From assembly GCA_965371445.1 (NCBI GenBank), contig CBDUYN010000012.1, positions 10,878 through 74,877 on the forward strand: DNA of 64,000 nt, in the 5' to 3' direction. Made by a program: the position numbers and the translations under genes. Below the pieces are notes generated by a model. It saw only the letters and a list, made by a program, of their open reading frames with translations, was not told where the DNA came from and did not search any database. The DNA comes from an uncultured bacterium (GTDB lineage: Bacteria; Acidobacteriota; Thermoanaerobaculia; Multivoradales; J023). Shown in pieces: positions 1 to 9,233 of the stretch (position 1 is its first letter; each line of letters starts with the position of its first letter).

Positions 1-123
1 CTGACCCTACCGGTCATCCAGGGGCGCATCGTCAAGGCGAAGCCGATCCTTCCGGACGTCTGTGTCGCCGAGGGTGAGCCCGAGGTCCGCGGCGACGCCC
101 TGAAGGCGATCAGGACGTGGACC

Positions 124-2049
124 ATGGCCTGCGATCCGGCGCAGCTGGTGGGCGCGCCGGTCGGCGTCCACGGCCTCCTCGGCACGACGCTGGGTGTGCT
201 CCTGACCGTCGAGACGTTGGATGGCCGGCGGCACGTTCAGCAACTCCGGGCGACCCAGGCGTTCTTCGTCATTCCGGCGCCGCCGACCCTCGTCGAGCTC
301 GCCTTGAGCGCCGGCCGTCACGGGGCCGAGCGATTGCTGCGTCGGCCGGAGCTGGCGCTCCTGCTGCTGGTGTCGTTGCTCCTGGGTATTCGTCGGCGGA
401 CGCTCCTGGCCGCGCTGGTCGCCTTCGCCGCCGCCCAGGGGCTGGGCCAGTGGCTGGCCGGGCAGGGCTGGATGGTGATGTCCGTCTTCCTGCCCCAGGT
501 CGCTGCCGCGGCCACGGCCTGGTTGGTCGGGGTGGAGCTCATGGAGCGCTCCGTGCTGCGGCCGGGCTGGTTGCGGCCAGGTTGGTTGAAGCCGCTGTCG
601 GTGCCGATGCTCGGGCTCGGGGTGCTCTACGGTGCCGCTCAACCGGAGACCGTGCCGACCCTGGGGCTCTCCACCGGAGAGCAGCGCCTGTCGTTGGTGC
701 TCTTTGCGGCCGGCGCGCTGGCGGGTCTGCTGCTGTTGACGCTCTGGGCGCGCCAGCTGCGGATGGTGCTCGTGGGCCTTTCTGACGACGCGCGGGAGCG
801 TTGGACCTTTCGTGTGGCGTACGTGTCCGTGGTGCTGGCGGGTGGTGTGTTTTTCTATCGGATGAGCGCGCCGTACTTCAGCGGCGCCGTCACCCCGGCC
901 GTGCCGATGGTCACTTTGGTCACCGCTGCGGCGCTCGGCCTCTGGTGTCGCCGCGACAGTGACATCCGCGACGGTGGCGCCACGGGTCTCGTCCTGGCGA
1001 TGGTCGCGGGCGCCTTCTGCGCCGCCGGGTTGACCGGGAGCTTTCACGTCGCCCTGCCTCTGGCCTCGCTGGCCGTTTACGGTCTGCTGGCGCTGCTCGG
1101 CGCCCGGCTGCTGGTCAAGAAGCGCTGGCCGCTGTGGCTCGCTCTCTTGTTCGTGGTGCTCACCGCGCTCTACCAGGGCTATCACGCCGGACAGATCCTG
1201 CGCCACGACACGACGCTGCCGGTCGCCAACGCCGCCGGCATGGGCGTGCTGCTCCTTGCCGTCTTTTTTGTCTGCTACCGGGCCATCCCGGCCAGCGACC
1301 TTGCCGGGCGGCCTTCGCTCAGGGTGCCCGGGCTTCTGGCGATGGCTCTCGCCGGGCTCTGGCAGCTGGCGGAGTATCGAGAGTGGGCGAGCGGGCCGGT
1401 GTCCGCGGACCTGGCGATGGGCCTGGCCCGCCTGCCGGTGCTAGCCATGATCCTGCTGCTCGGTGCCTGGCTGGCCTGGCCTCGTCGGCGGCGCTTCGTC
1501 GCGCCAGAGGCGCAGGCCGGGGCCGGCGCACCTGGAACCCACTGGGCCCTGCTCGGGCTGGCCTTTTTCGTGCTCCCCTTGGGCACCCTGCGCCTGGACA
1601 TCCCCTTCCATGCGCCGGGCGCGCCGAGCGCCGCCGAGGCCGGCCGGGTGATGGACACCCTGCTGACCGATACCTACCTGGCGTTCAACCTGGACGACGA
1701 GGACGCCGCCTTCGACCGCCTCGCCCAGAACCTCTCCCAGGACCTGGTGGCCGACGTCTACCTCGACAGCCGGCGGCGGCTGAGAGCGGGCACCCGGGAG
1801 GGAGCCGAGGTGACAGTCCGCGACGTCCGCGTCCTGGAGGTCGACGCCGCCGTCGCCACGGCCGACAATGCCTTCACCTACCCCTGTCAGTGGGTCGTCA
1901 CGGCACGGGTCAGGCACTTGCAGCACATCCACAACCGTCAGAACGTGTATGTCGGTGAGTTGACCATCCAGGTCGAGGACGACCGCTGGAAGATCGCCGG
2001 CCTCGACCTGTTGAGCGAAGAGCGCGTCGTGTTGTCGTGGAGGAGCTGA
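124..2049 (+). CDS. Polytopic inner-membrane protein of unknown function with a C-terminal soluble domain; the reading frame is open to the window start, so the true 5' end may lie upstream
   Basis: 641-aa ORF with at least 12 hydrophobic helical segments, followed by a ~150-aa hydrophilic C-terminal domain (DTLLTDTYLAFNLDDEDAAFDRLAQNL...). No stop codon in frame between nt 1 and 124. Its stop overlaps the start of the downstream ABC ATPase (ATGA at 2047-2051). Confidence 0.55.
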   Translation: MACDPAQLVGAPVGVHGLLGTTLGVLLTVETLDGRRHVQQLRATQAFFVIPAPPTLVELALSAGRHGAERLLRRPELALLLLVSLLLGIRRRTLLAALVAFAAAQGLGQWLAGQGWMVMSVFLPQVAAAATAWLVGVELMERSVLRPGWLRPGWLKPLSVPMLGLGVLYGAAQPETVPTLGLSTGEQRLSLVLFAAGALAGLLLLTLWARQLRMVLVGLSDDARERWTFRVAYVSVVLAGGVFFYRMSAPYFSGAVTPAVPMVTLVTAAALGLWCRRDSDIRDGGATGLVLAMVAGAFCAAGLTGSFHVALPLASLAVYGLLALLGARLLVKKRWPLWLALLFVVLTALYQGYHAGQILRHDTTLPVANAAGMGVLLLAVFFVCYRAIPASDLAGRPSLRVPGLLAMALAGLWQLAEYREWASGPVSADLAMGLARLPVLAMILLLGAWLAWPRRRRFVAPEAQAGAGAPGTHWALLGLAFFVLPLGTLRLDIPFHAPGAPSAAEAGRVMDTLLTDTYLAFNLDDEDAAFDRLAQNLSQDLVADVYLDSRRRLRAGTREGAEVTVRDVRVLEVDAAVATADNAFTYPCQWVVTARVRHLQHIHNRQNVYVGELTIQVEDDRWKIAGLDLLSEERVVLSWRS

Positions 2050-2760
2050 TGATCGCGGTTCGTGAGCTCGTCTTCGGCTATCCCTTCTCTTGTCCCCCTT
2101 CGAGGCTATTCCTCTCTTGTCCCCCTTCGGGGGAACCTGCACGACGGCTTCGCGCTGTCCGTAGGTGAGCTCAGGGTGTCCCGGGACGAGAGCGTCGCCG
2201 TGGTCGGTCCGAGTGGTTGCGGCAAGACCACGCTGTTGCACCTGCTGGCCGGCATCCTGTCTCCGGCGTCGGGCTCCGTGGTGGTCGACGGCGTCGAAGT
2301 TTCCAAGCTTGGGCGCGAGGACCGCCAGGACTTTCGAGCGCTCACCGTGGGCCTGGTCTTCCAGGAATTCGAGCTGCTCGACTACCTCGACGTCAACGAC
2401 AACGTTCTGCTGCCCTATCGAGTCAGCCCCGCGCTCCATCTGAACGGGGAAGCCCGGCAGCGCGCCGTGGAGCTGGTCGAGCAGGTGGGTCTCGCCGACA
2501 AGAAGAGCTCGTTTCCCCGGCAGCTGTCGCAGGGAGAGCGCCAGCGCGTGGCCGTGTGCCGTTCGCTGGTGACTCAGCCCAAGGTGCTGTTGGGCGACGA
2601 GCCGACCGCCAACCTCGACGCGGACAACCGCGACCTCGTCATGGACACCCTGCTGCGGTATTCCGAAGAGCAGCAGGCGCCGCTCTTGGTCGTCACCCAC
2701 GATCACGAGCTTCGTCGTCGTTTCGACACCGTGGTCGACGTGCGGGAGCTGGCGCCGTGA
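2049..2760 (+). pseudogene. ABC transporter ATP-binding protein (MacB/LolD-like), reading frame disrupted near its 5' end
   Basis: ATG at 2049 gives MIAVRELVFGYP, a typical ABC ATPase N-terminus. The frame then shifts, and the Walker A (VVGPSGCGKTT), ABC signature (LSQGERQRVAV) and Walker B (LLGDEPTANLD) motifs continue in the 2062..2760 frame. The shift coincides with a tandem duplication of ~21 bp with a 28-bp period (ctcttgtcccccttcg[a/g]gg twice) at about 2085-2136. Confidence 0.75.
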
Positions 2761-3444
2761 AGCACGTGATCTTCATGGCCTGGCGCTACCTGGCTTTCTA
2801 CTGGGGCAAGACCGCGGTGCTGGTGGCCTCCATCAGCCTGATCCTCTTCGTGCCGGCCGGGCTGCACGTGCTGGTCGAGCAGGGCGCCGACGTGCTGACG
2901 GCACGGGCCGAAGCGACCCCGCTTTTAATCGGCGCCAAGGGGAGCGCGGTCGACCTGACCTTGAGCGCTCTTTACTTTCGCCCGCCCACGTCGAGCCCAT
3001 GCCCTATCGCGAGGTGGCGCGGGTCGACGGCAGCTCCCTGGCGCGCGGCATCCCGCTCCACCTGCGCTTCGCGGTCGGCCGGCGGCGCATCGTCGGCACG
3101 ACGCTCGACTACGCCGAATTCCGCGCCCTTACGGTGGAGCGCGGCCGGTGGCTGGCCATGCTCGGTGAGTGCGTGCTGGGGAGCGAGGCATGTGCTGTCG
3201 TCGGCGGGCAGCGCCTTCGACGTCGCCGGCCATGACCACGGCGCTGGTCTTTGCCCTCTCCATCCGGGTGCGGCACCGCGAGATCGAGACGATCCAGAAG
3301 ATCGGTGGCGGTCGGCAGCGCCTGGCCACGATCCTCGGCGCCGAGATCCTTGTCGTGATTGTGGCCGCGGTCACGATCGCGGGAGTGCTCACCGCGATCG
3401 TGAGCCGGTTCGGAGAGCTGGCGGTGCGCCTTGTCGGCGGCTGA
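2757..3444 (+). pseudogene. FtsX-like ABC transporter permease, split over three reading frames and apparently truncated
   Basis: GTG or ATG start at 2757/2775 overlaps the ATPase stop. TM1 is MAWRYLAFYWGKTAVLVASISLILFVPAGL. The FtsX-domain segment (REIETIQKIGGGRQRLATILGAEILVVIVAAVTIAGVL) is found in the third frame (3169..3444). Frame changes occur near 2990 and 3230, and there is no fourth TM helix. Confidence 0.5.
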
Positions 3445-3453
3445 GGTGGAGGC

Positions 3454-4391
3454 ATGGAAATGAAGAAGCTGTTGGCACTTACCGCGATGTTGATGACGGC
3501 CGCAGGCTGCGCTGACGGGAAGAACGAAGCGACGGGGCCGGCGTCAGACGGCACCGAGAGACCTCTGGTCGTCACGACGAGCTACCCACTCAAGTACTTC
3601 GTCGAGCGCATCGCGGCCCCCATGGTCGATGTACGGTTCCTCGTGCCCGCGGACGAAGATCCTGCCTACTGGAGACCGGGCCCCGAAGACGTGCTGGCGA
3701 TGCAGAAGGCGGACCTCATCGTGACGAACGGCGCCTCCTACGAAGGATGGCTCAAGAACGTCTCCCTACCGCCGTCGCGGCTGGTGGACACCACCGACGG
3801 TCTTCGGGACTGGCTGATACCCCTGGAGAAGGAAACCACCCACAGTCACGGCCTGGAGGGTGAGCACGAGCACTCGGGGACGGCGTTCACCACCTGGCTC
3901 GACCTGACGCTGGCCGCCACCCAGGCCGGCGCCGTCAAGGATGCGCTGGCGGCGCGCTGGCCCCAGCACTCGAATCAGTTCCAGGCGCGTCTCTTCGAGC
4001 TCGCCCAGGAGCTGACGGCGCTGGATGCCGCGGCGCAGGAGGCTGTGGTCGGCCGTCTGAGCTGCCGCTGCTTTTCTCGCACCCGGTCTACCAGTACCTC
4101 GTCCACCGCTATCGCCTCAACGCCCGCAGCGTTCACTGGGAGCCTGACCGGATGCCGGATGAAGCAGAGTGGCAGGAGTTGCTCACGATCCTCGAAGATT
4201 TCCCGGCCGCGTGGATGATCTGGGAGAACACGCCGCTGCCGCAGGTCAGCGAGCGTCTCGAGTCCGTCGGCATCCGCTCCGTGGTCTTCGATCCCTGCGC
4301 CAACACCCCTGCGAGCGGAGACTTTCTGTCGATGATGGAAAAGAACGTGCAGGCGCTGCGCCAGGTCTTCGCGGCGGAGCCACCGCAATGA
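3454..4391 (+). pseudogene. Metal (Zn/Mn) ABC transporter substrate-binding lipoprotein, ZnuA/TroA family, single frameshift near nt 4050
   Basis: Lipoprotein signal (LALTAMLMTAAGC), the LIVTNGASYEGWL motif, and a His-rich metal loop (HSHGLEGEHEHSG). The native continuation (PLLFSHPVYQYLVHRYRLNARSVHWEPDRMPDEAEW...) is in the +1 frame and ends at 4391. Confidence 0.7.
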
Positions 4392-4447
4392 AAACCGATC
4401 GCCCCGTTTCAACTCAACCCCAAAATGAGTCACAAGGAGTCCCTACC

Positions 4448-5214
4448 ATGACGACACGCACTCTGTATCGATCCATCGTTTTTGCCTTCGCCCTGCTGGC
4501 GGTTCCGGCGTCGGTGACCGCGAGCGACTGGAGCTGGACGTTCACGCTCTATGGCTGGGCGAGCGACATCACCGTCGACGCCGAGGTCAACGACCAGGAG
4601 GTCATCGGCGGCGAGATCGACTTCTCGGACCTGATCGACGACCTCGACTTCGCCGCCATGATCCACCTCGAGGGCAAGCGGGACAAAATCGGCCTGTTCG
4701 CCGATCTCATCGTGACCGACTTCGGGGACGAGCCCCGCATCTTCGACCGCGACGGGCTGACGATCCAGGCCCAGTCGGACCTCGAGATGACGATCCTCGA
4801 GCTCGGTGGCGTCTGGTACCCGGGGGGCGGCGGCACCGGGTTCGGCGTGCACTACGGCGCGAGGCTGCTCGACGTCGACCAGGAGATCGACATCGTGGAG
4901 ATCGGCCCGTTCTCGCCCGATCGCCGGGTCGTCGACGTCAGCACGACCCTGGTCGACGGCCTCGTGGGCTTGCGCTACCTCTCGTCGTTCTCGGGCAACT
5001 GGTCGTTCGCGATCTGGGGCGACGTGGCGGCACCGAGCTCGGCTGGAGCTCGGCGGCCGTATTCGGCTACCACTTCGGCGCCCGGGACCAATTCGCCCTT
5101 CGCTTCGGTTACCGGCACCTGGCGATCGAGCTCGACGAGGAGGACGACCTTGCCGAGGTCGAGACCGAGGTCGCGATGACCGGCCCGGTGGTCGGCTTCT
5201 CCATCGGTTTCTGA
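4448..5214 (+). pseudogene. Outer-membrane beta-barrel protein, frameshift near nt 5035
   Basis: Signal peptide (MTTRTLYRSIVFAFALLAVPASVTA) and alternating amphipathic strands. The authentic C-terminus (YHFGARDQFALRFGYRHLAIELDEEDDLAEVETEVAMTGPVVGFSIGF-stop, terminal aromatic) is only read after a one-base frame change at about 5030-5040. Confidence 0.55.
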
Positions 5215-5230
5215 ACTTGAGGAGGTTGTC

Positions 5231-5569
5231 ATGAGTGGACTCGACATCTTTACCTGGATCGTGGTGCTGATCCTGGTGGCGACCGTGGGCATCGTCTTCG
5301 CCGTCCTGGGGATGATGCCTGGAAAGGTCGCCCGCCAGCGCCGGCACCCGCAGGTCGAGGCGATCCAAATCGCTTCCTGGCTTGCCCTGATCTTCGGATT
5401 CGCCCTTTGGCCGGTGGTCATGGTTTGGGCCTACGTGAAGCCGCTCGCCCGTCCGGTGGCGGCCGAAGTCAACGGCTCCGATGCGTCGGCCGCCGACGCA
5501 CGGATTACAGAGCTCGAAGCGCGAATCGCCGAGCTCGAGGCGGCGGCGGAAGGAGGGGCGGCATCATGA
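5231..5569 (+). CDS. DUF3302-like small membrane protein (YibI-like); this family is commonly paired with a HlyD protein
   Basis: 112 aa with two TM helices (IFTWIVVLILVATVGIVFAVL; IASWLALIFGFALWPVVMVWAYV). The stop overlaps the start of the downstream HlyD-like gene (ATGA). Confidence 0.55.
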   Translation: MSGLDIFTWIVVLILVATVGIVFAVLGMMPGKVARQRRHPQVEAIQIASWLALIFGFALWPVVMVWAYVKPLARPVAAEVNGSDASAADARITELEARIAELEAAAEGGAAS

Positions 5570-6125
5570 TCCTCGTCCTCACCCTCCTCTACATCGCCCC
5601 GCTGCTCCTCGCCTTCAAGCTCGGGATCTTGAAGCCGACCCTTTTCTGGAAGCTGTCGCCCTTGATCTGGATGGTGTTTCTGCTGATCACGCTCTTCATC
5701 CCGATGCAGTTCTGGGCGCCGTCGGGGCCGCTGATCGTCAGCCAGTACGGCGTGCAGATCGTGCCCAACGTCGCCGGCCAGGTGACCGAGGTCCCGGTCG
5801 AGCCCAACGTGCCGTTGGATGAAGGGGACGTGCTCTTTCGGATCGACCCCACGCCCTACCAGGCGGCCGTCGATCAGCTGTCGGCGCAGCTCAAGCTCAC
5901 CCGCACCCGGCTCGACCAGGCCCGGAGGCTGGCCGAACGCGGCGCCGGCTCGGGGTACGACGTCGAGCAGTACACCTCCCAGGTCGAGCAGCTCGAGGCG
6001 CAGCTCGATAACGCCGAGTACAACTTGGCGGAGACCACGGTGCGCGCGCCCGCCGCCGGTTTCGTGACCAATGTCGCGCTTCGACCCGGAGCGCGGGCGG
6101 TGAACTTCCCCTTCGCCCCGTCCGG
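5566..6125 (+). pseudogene. HlyD-family membrane-fusion protein, N-terminal ~185 aa only
   Basis: TM anchor (LLYIAPLLLAFKLGILKP), a lipoyl-like motif (QYGVQIVPNVAGQVTEVPVEPNVPLDEGDVLFRIDP) and a coiled coil (QLSAQLKLTRTRLDQARRLAERGAGSGYDVEQY...TTVRAPAAGFVTNV). The frame runs into nonsense after about nt 6110, and the beta-barrel / C-terminal half is absent. Confidence 0.6.
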
Positions 6126-7079
6126 GTGCGGGCCGGAGCACAGGCCGGCGAGGCGGCGCTCGAAGCCAGCGTCGCCGACTACGAGTACGCCCGCCAGTCG
6201 CTGGTGGCGACGATTGCCAAGACCTGGTTCCTGGCCACCGAAGCCCGGCTGCAGCGCGCCCTGATCGAGGAGGCGGTGGAGACCTTCCGCGAGATCCTCG
6301 AGGTCGTTGAGATCAAGCAGGAAGTCGGCCAGGTGACCCTCAAAGACGTCTCCCTGGCGCGCGCCGACCTGGCCTCGGCCGAGGAGGCCCTGCGTCAGGC
6401 GCAGAGCGCCTACGAGCAGGTCCAGCGCGGCCTCGAGGTGCTGCTCGGCCGCTATCCGGGCGCCGACCTCGAGGCGGCCGACGACCTCGCGGCGGTGCCG
6501 CCGCCGGTTCCCGTCGGTCTGCCGTCGGACATCGTCGCCCGGCGCCCCGACCTGCAGGCCGCCGAGCGCCGGGTGGCCGCCGCCTTTCTCCTGCAACAGC
6601 AGGCCGAGCTCGCCCGCCTGCCGAGCTTCAACCTCAACGCCGCCGGCGGCGTCGACTCGGGGCTCGACGACGCCATCGGCTCGCTCGCCGCCGGCGTCGT
6701 CGCCCCGATCTTCACCGGCGGCGCGCTGAAAGCCCAGATCGAGACCGCCACCGCCGACCAGCAAGCGGCCATCGCCGCCTACGGCCAGACCCTGCTCGTC
6801 GCCTTCCAAGAGGTCGAGACCGCACTCTCCAACGAAGGGTCCTTCGAGGAGCGCCAGCGCTTCCTCGAGCGCGTGGTCGCCGAGAACGAGAAGGCGCTCG
6901 AGATGGCGCGAGTGCAGTACGAGGTCGGCCAGATCGATCTCTTGAGCGTGCTCCAGCTCCAGCTCCAGGCCCGGGTGATCGGGGCCAGGACGTCGCTGAT
7001 CCGGGTGCGCAACGAGCGCCTGGCGCAGCGGGTCGATCTCCATCTGGCGCTGGGCGGGAGCTTCGAGGAGGGCGGATGA
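6126..7079 (+). pseudogene. TolC/OprM-family outer-membrane efflux protein, C-terminal half only (second repeat)
   Basis: 317 aa with typical OMF helical repeat motifs (ASVADYEYARQSLVATIAKTWF, DLASAEEALRQAQSAYEQ, LPSFNLNAAGG, YEVGQIDLLSVLQLQ). It begins abruptly where the HlyD fragment ends. No N-terminal signal peptide or first repeat is present. Confidence 0.6.
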
Positions 7080-7112
7080 TCCAACTGGCAAGAGCAACGA
7101 AGGAATCACGAA

Positions 7113-7491
7113 ATGAGATCAGATCACCAGGATGCAGCGCTCCGATCACGGCCAAGAGGCATGAGTCGGGTCCTTGCGGGTTTTTTGCTGCTCGCCCTGG
7201 CCACCGCCCCTGGATCAGGATGTCGACGGTCGGCAGCTCGAGCGACCTGCGCGGCTACACCCAGGGCCGCTTCCGCGACCTCGCGGCCGCGTGGGCCCTG
7301 GTCGAATACCGGCACATGACGGGCAAGAAGCTGTGGAAGCTCGGTCGGCAGGGGGTCGCGGTCTGGGGCGGCCTCGGCTTCATCGGCGAGGATTTCGGCG
7401 ATTTCAGCGGCCCCGGCGCAACCTGCGGTTGGACCTGGGTTGGGGCTACGACGAGATCGGCTTCTATCTCAACTTCACCGAGGCGTTTTGA
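7113..7491 (+). pseudogene. Remnant of an Omp85/ShlB-type outer-membrane transporter (signal peptide plus last beta-strands)
   Basis: ATG 7113 gives a signal peptide (MSRVLAGFLLLALATAPGSG). A second frame gives DLRGYTQGRFRDLAAAWALVEYRH...WGGLGFIGEDFGDFSG. A third frame gives RNLRLDLGWGYDEIGFYLNFTEAF-stop, the canonical terminal-Phe beta-barrel end. Three frames within 380 bp. Confidence 0.4.
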
Positions 7492-7567
7492 GGCCATGGA
7501 CGCGAGCGCCCGCACCCTCCATCACCTTGCCGATCCGCTCGTGGCTGGTGATCACGAACTTCGAACC

Positions 7568-7906
7568 TCACTCGTCGTCGATCATGGCCCGCAGCCGGAC
7601 CAGCAGCTCAGGGAGCTCGTCATTCGCGGTCTTCCAGACGATGTCGTGATTGACGTCGAAGTAGGCGTGAATCAGACGGTTGCGCATCGACACGATGAGC
7701 GGCCACGGAATGTCCGGCGCCTCGTTTCGCGCCCCCTCGGAAAGCTGGCCCGCCGCCTCGCCGATGACCTCGATCGCGCGCACCAGTGCGAAGAGGAGCA
7801 TTCGGTCGGAGTCCAGATCCGCGCGCTGGCGGCCCGAAACGAACTCCAGCGCCGTCTCTGCCGCCTCGATCATGTGCAGCAGCCGGACTCGGTCCTCAGG
7901 CTGCAT
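7568..7906 (-). CDS. hepT: HepT-like toxin (DUF86, HEPN-fold) of a HepT/MntA toxin-antitoxin pair
   Basis: 112 aa with an R-x4-HAY-type HEPN motif ([16 protein letters not shown]). Its ATG overlaps the last codons of the upstream mntA gene. Confidence 0.8.
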   Translation of the reverse strand: MQPEDRVRLLHMIEAAETALEFVSGRQRADLDSDRMLLFALVRAIEVIGEAAGQLSEGARNEAPDIPWPLIVSMRNRLIHAYFDVNHDIVWKTANDELPELLVRLRAMIDDE

Positions 7907-8195
7907 ACTGCACCTCGGCCGAGCGAACCACCTCGGCTCGGAAGTGGCGGCTCAGATCTTGAGCGGTACGCAGGTCTACCTGGCGGCCGCCCAGCAAAGC
8001 CGTTAGCTCCGCCTCAATGGCCGCCAGTCCCAGCAGCCCGGGCGCCGCGCCAGGCTCAAACTCCACCAGCAGATCGACGTCACTGTCCGGCCGATCCTCG
8101 CCCTTCAGCACCGAGCCGAAGAGTGACAGCCGGCGGATCTGATGGCGCCGGCACAACTCAGCCAGGGCCTTCTGATCCACAGGGATTCTTTTCAT
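7896..8195 (-). CDS. mntA: MntA-like minimal nucleotidyltransferase antitoxin
   Basis: 99 aa with the pol-beta NTase motif [22 protein letters not shown]. Lies immediately upstream of hepT and overlaps it. Confidence 0.8.
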   Translation of the reverse strand: MKRIPVDQKALAELCRRHQIRRLSLFGSVLKGEDRPDSDVDLLVEFEPGAAPGLLGLAAIEAELTALLGGRQVDLRTAQDLSRHFRAEVVRSAEVQYAA

Positions 8196-8351
8196 ATCGT
8201 CGACCTCTCGTCACAGCAGATCTGATGGCGCCGCCCGCGGCGTCTCGGTACTTTCCCGCGCCAGCCGGGAGACCTCCGGCCAACTCACCAGGCCATTGTA
8301 GGACAGCGTTTCCTGCGCGCAAACTCTCGATCGCTTAGAAGAGAGACGAAG

Positions 8352-9233
8352 ATGAAGACGAAGATGGAGACCGCGGGGAGCGCCCGCACCCTGGAGCTCG
8401 AGAGCGCCGACGGCACGCGGCTCCACGCCTCGCTGTTCGAGGCCGCGGAGCCGGTGGCGGGTCTGGTGATGATGCACGGCATGCAGAGCCATGCCGGCTG
8501 GTTCGAGGCCGCGGGGACGGCGAACTCGCTGGCGGCGGCTGGGATCACCTGCCTGGCCTATGACCGCCGCGGCTCGGGGCGGAGCGGCGGGGCGGCCGGC
8601 CACGCCGCCCGCCCCGACGACATGCTCGCCGACCTCGACGCCGCCCGCTCGGGGCTGCGGCGCGAGCTCGAGCAGGCCGGGGTGGCCGAGGCGCCGATGC
8701 ACGCGCTCGCCAACTGCTTCGGCACCCGCATCGTGCTGCCCTATCTCGATCGCGAGCCGCGCGCCTTCGCCTCTCTGACCCTGACCGCGCCAGCGACCCA
8801 CATGAGCTCGCGGGCGGATTACGGCCTCGGCGAGCGCCTCAAGATCCTGCTCGCCCGCGGCGAGCGCACCTTCGCCACGCCGCTCCAGGACGAGTATTTC
8901 ATCTCCGAGGGACGGTGGCTGGAGTGGATCCGGAGCGACGCCCACTCCCTTCGGCAGGTGACCGCCGCTTTCCTCAAGAGCGCCGCGGTCCTCACCGCCC
9001 GCATGAAGACCGCCGCGCGCCGGCTGGAGGTGCCGCTCCTGGTGGTGCTGGGCACTCGCGACCTGATGGTCAGGAACGACGCCATCCGGCGGCAGCTCGT
9101 CGCCCGCTACCGTGGGACGGTGCGGGTGGTCGAGGTCGACGCCGAGCACTACGTCGACTTCACCGAGCACCAGCCCACCCTGGCGGCGGAGGTGCAGGCA
9201 TGGGTCCTGGCCTACTCCGGAGATCGACGATGA
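8352..9233 (+). CDS. Alpha/beta-hydrolase (lysophospholipase / monoacylglycerol-lipase-like, Hydrolase_4 type)
   Basis: 293 aa with LVMMHGMQSHAGWFE, ITCLAYDRRGSGRSGG, and a catalytic-His region near the C-terminus. The stop overlaps the next gene's ATG. Confidence 0.7.
   Translation: MKTKMETAGSARTLELESADGTRLHASLFEAAEPVAGLVMMHGMQSHAGWFEAAGTANSLAAAGITCLAYDRRGSGRSGGAAGHAARPDDMLADLDAARSGLRRELEQAGVAEAPMHALANCFGTRIVLPYLDREPRAFASLTLTAPATHMSSRADYGLGERLKILLARGERTFATPLQDEYFISEGRWLEWIRSDAHSLRQVTAAFLKSAAVLTARMKTAARRLEVPLLVVLGTRDLMVRNDAIRRQLVARYRGTVRVVEVDAEHYVDFTEHQPTLAAEVQAWVLAYSGDRR

Noticed and set aside
7-1206. 399-aa reverse-strand ORF overlapping the membrane-protein gene
   Set aside because: Arg/Gln/His-rich low-complexity translation, typical of antisense frames in high-GC DNA. 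The forward-strand gene has coherent TM helices.
1441-2706. 421-aa reverse-strand ORF across the ABC ATPase gene
   Set aside because: Antisense to a gene with unambiguous Walker / signature motifs. No motifs of its own.
2049-7491. Interpreting all frameshifts as genuine pseudogenes
   Set aside because: Not rejected outright but tempered. The clustering is real, yet homopolymer or indel sequencing errors in a low-coverage stretch would give the same picture. Read-level data are needed.
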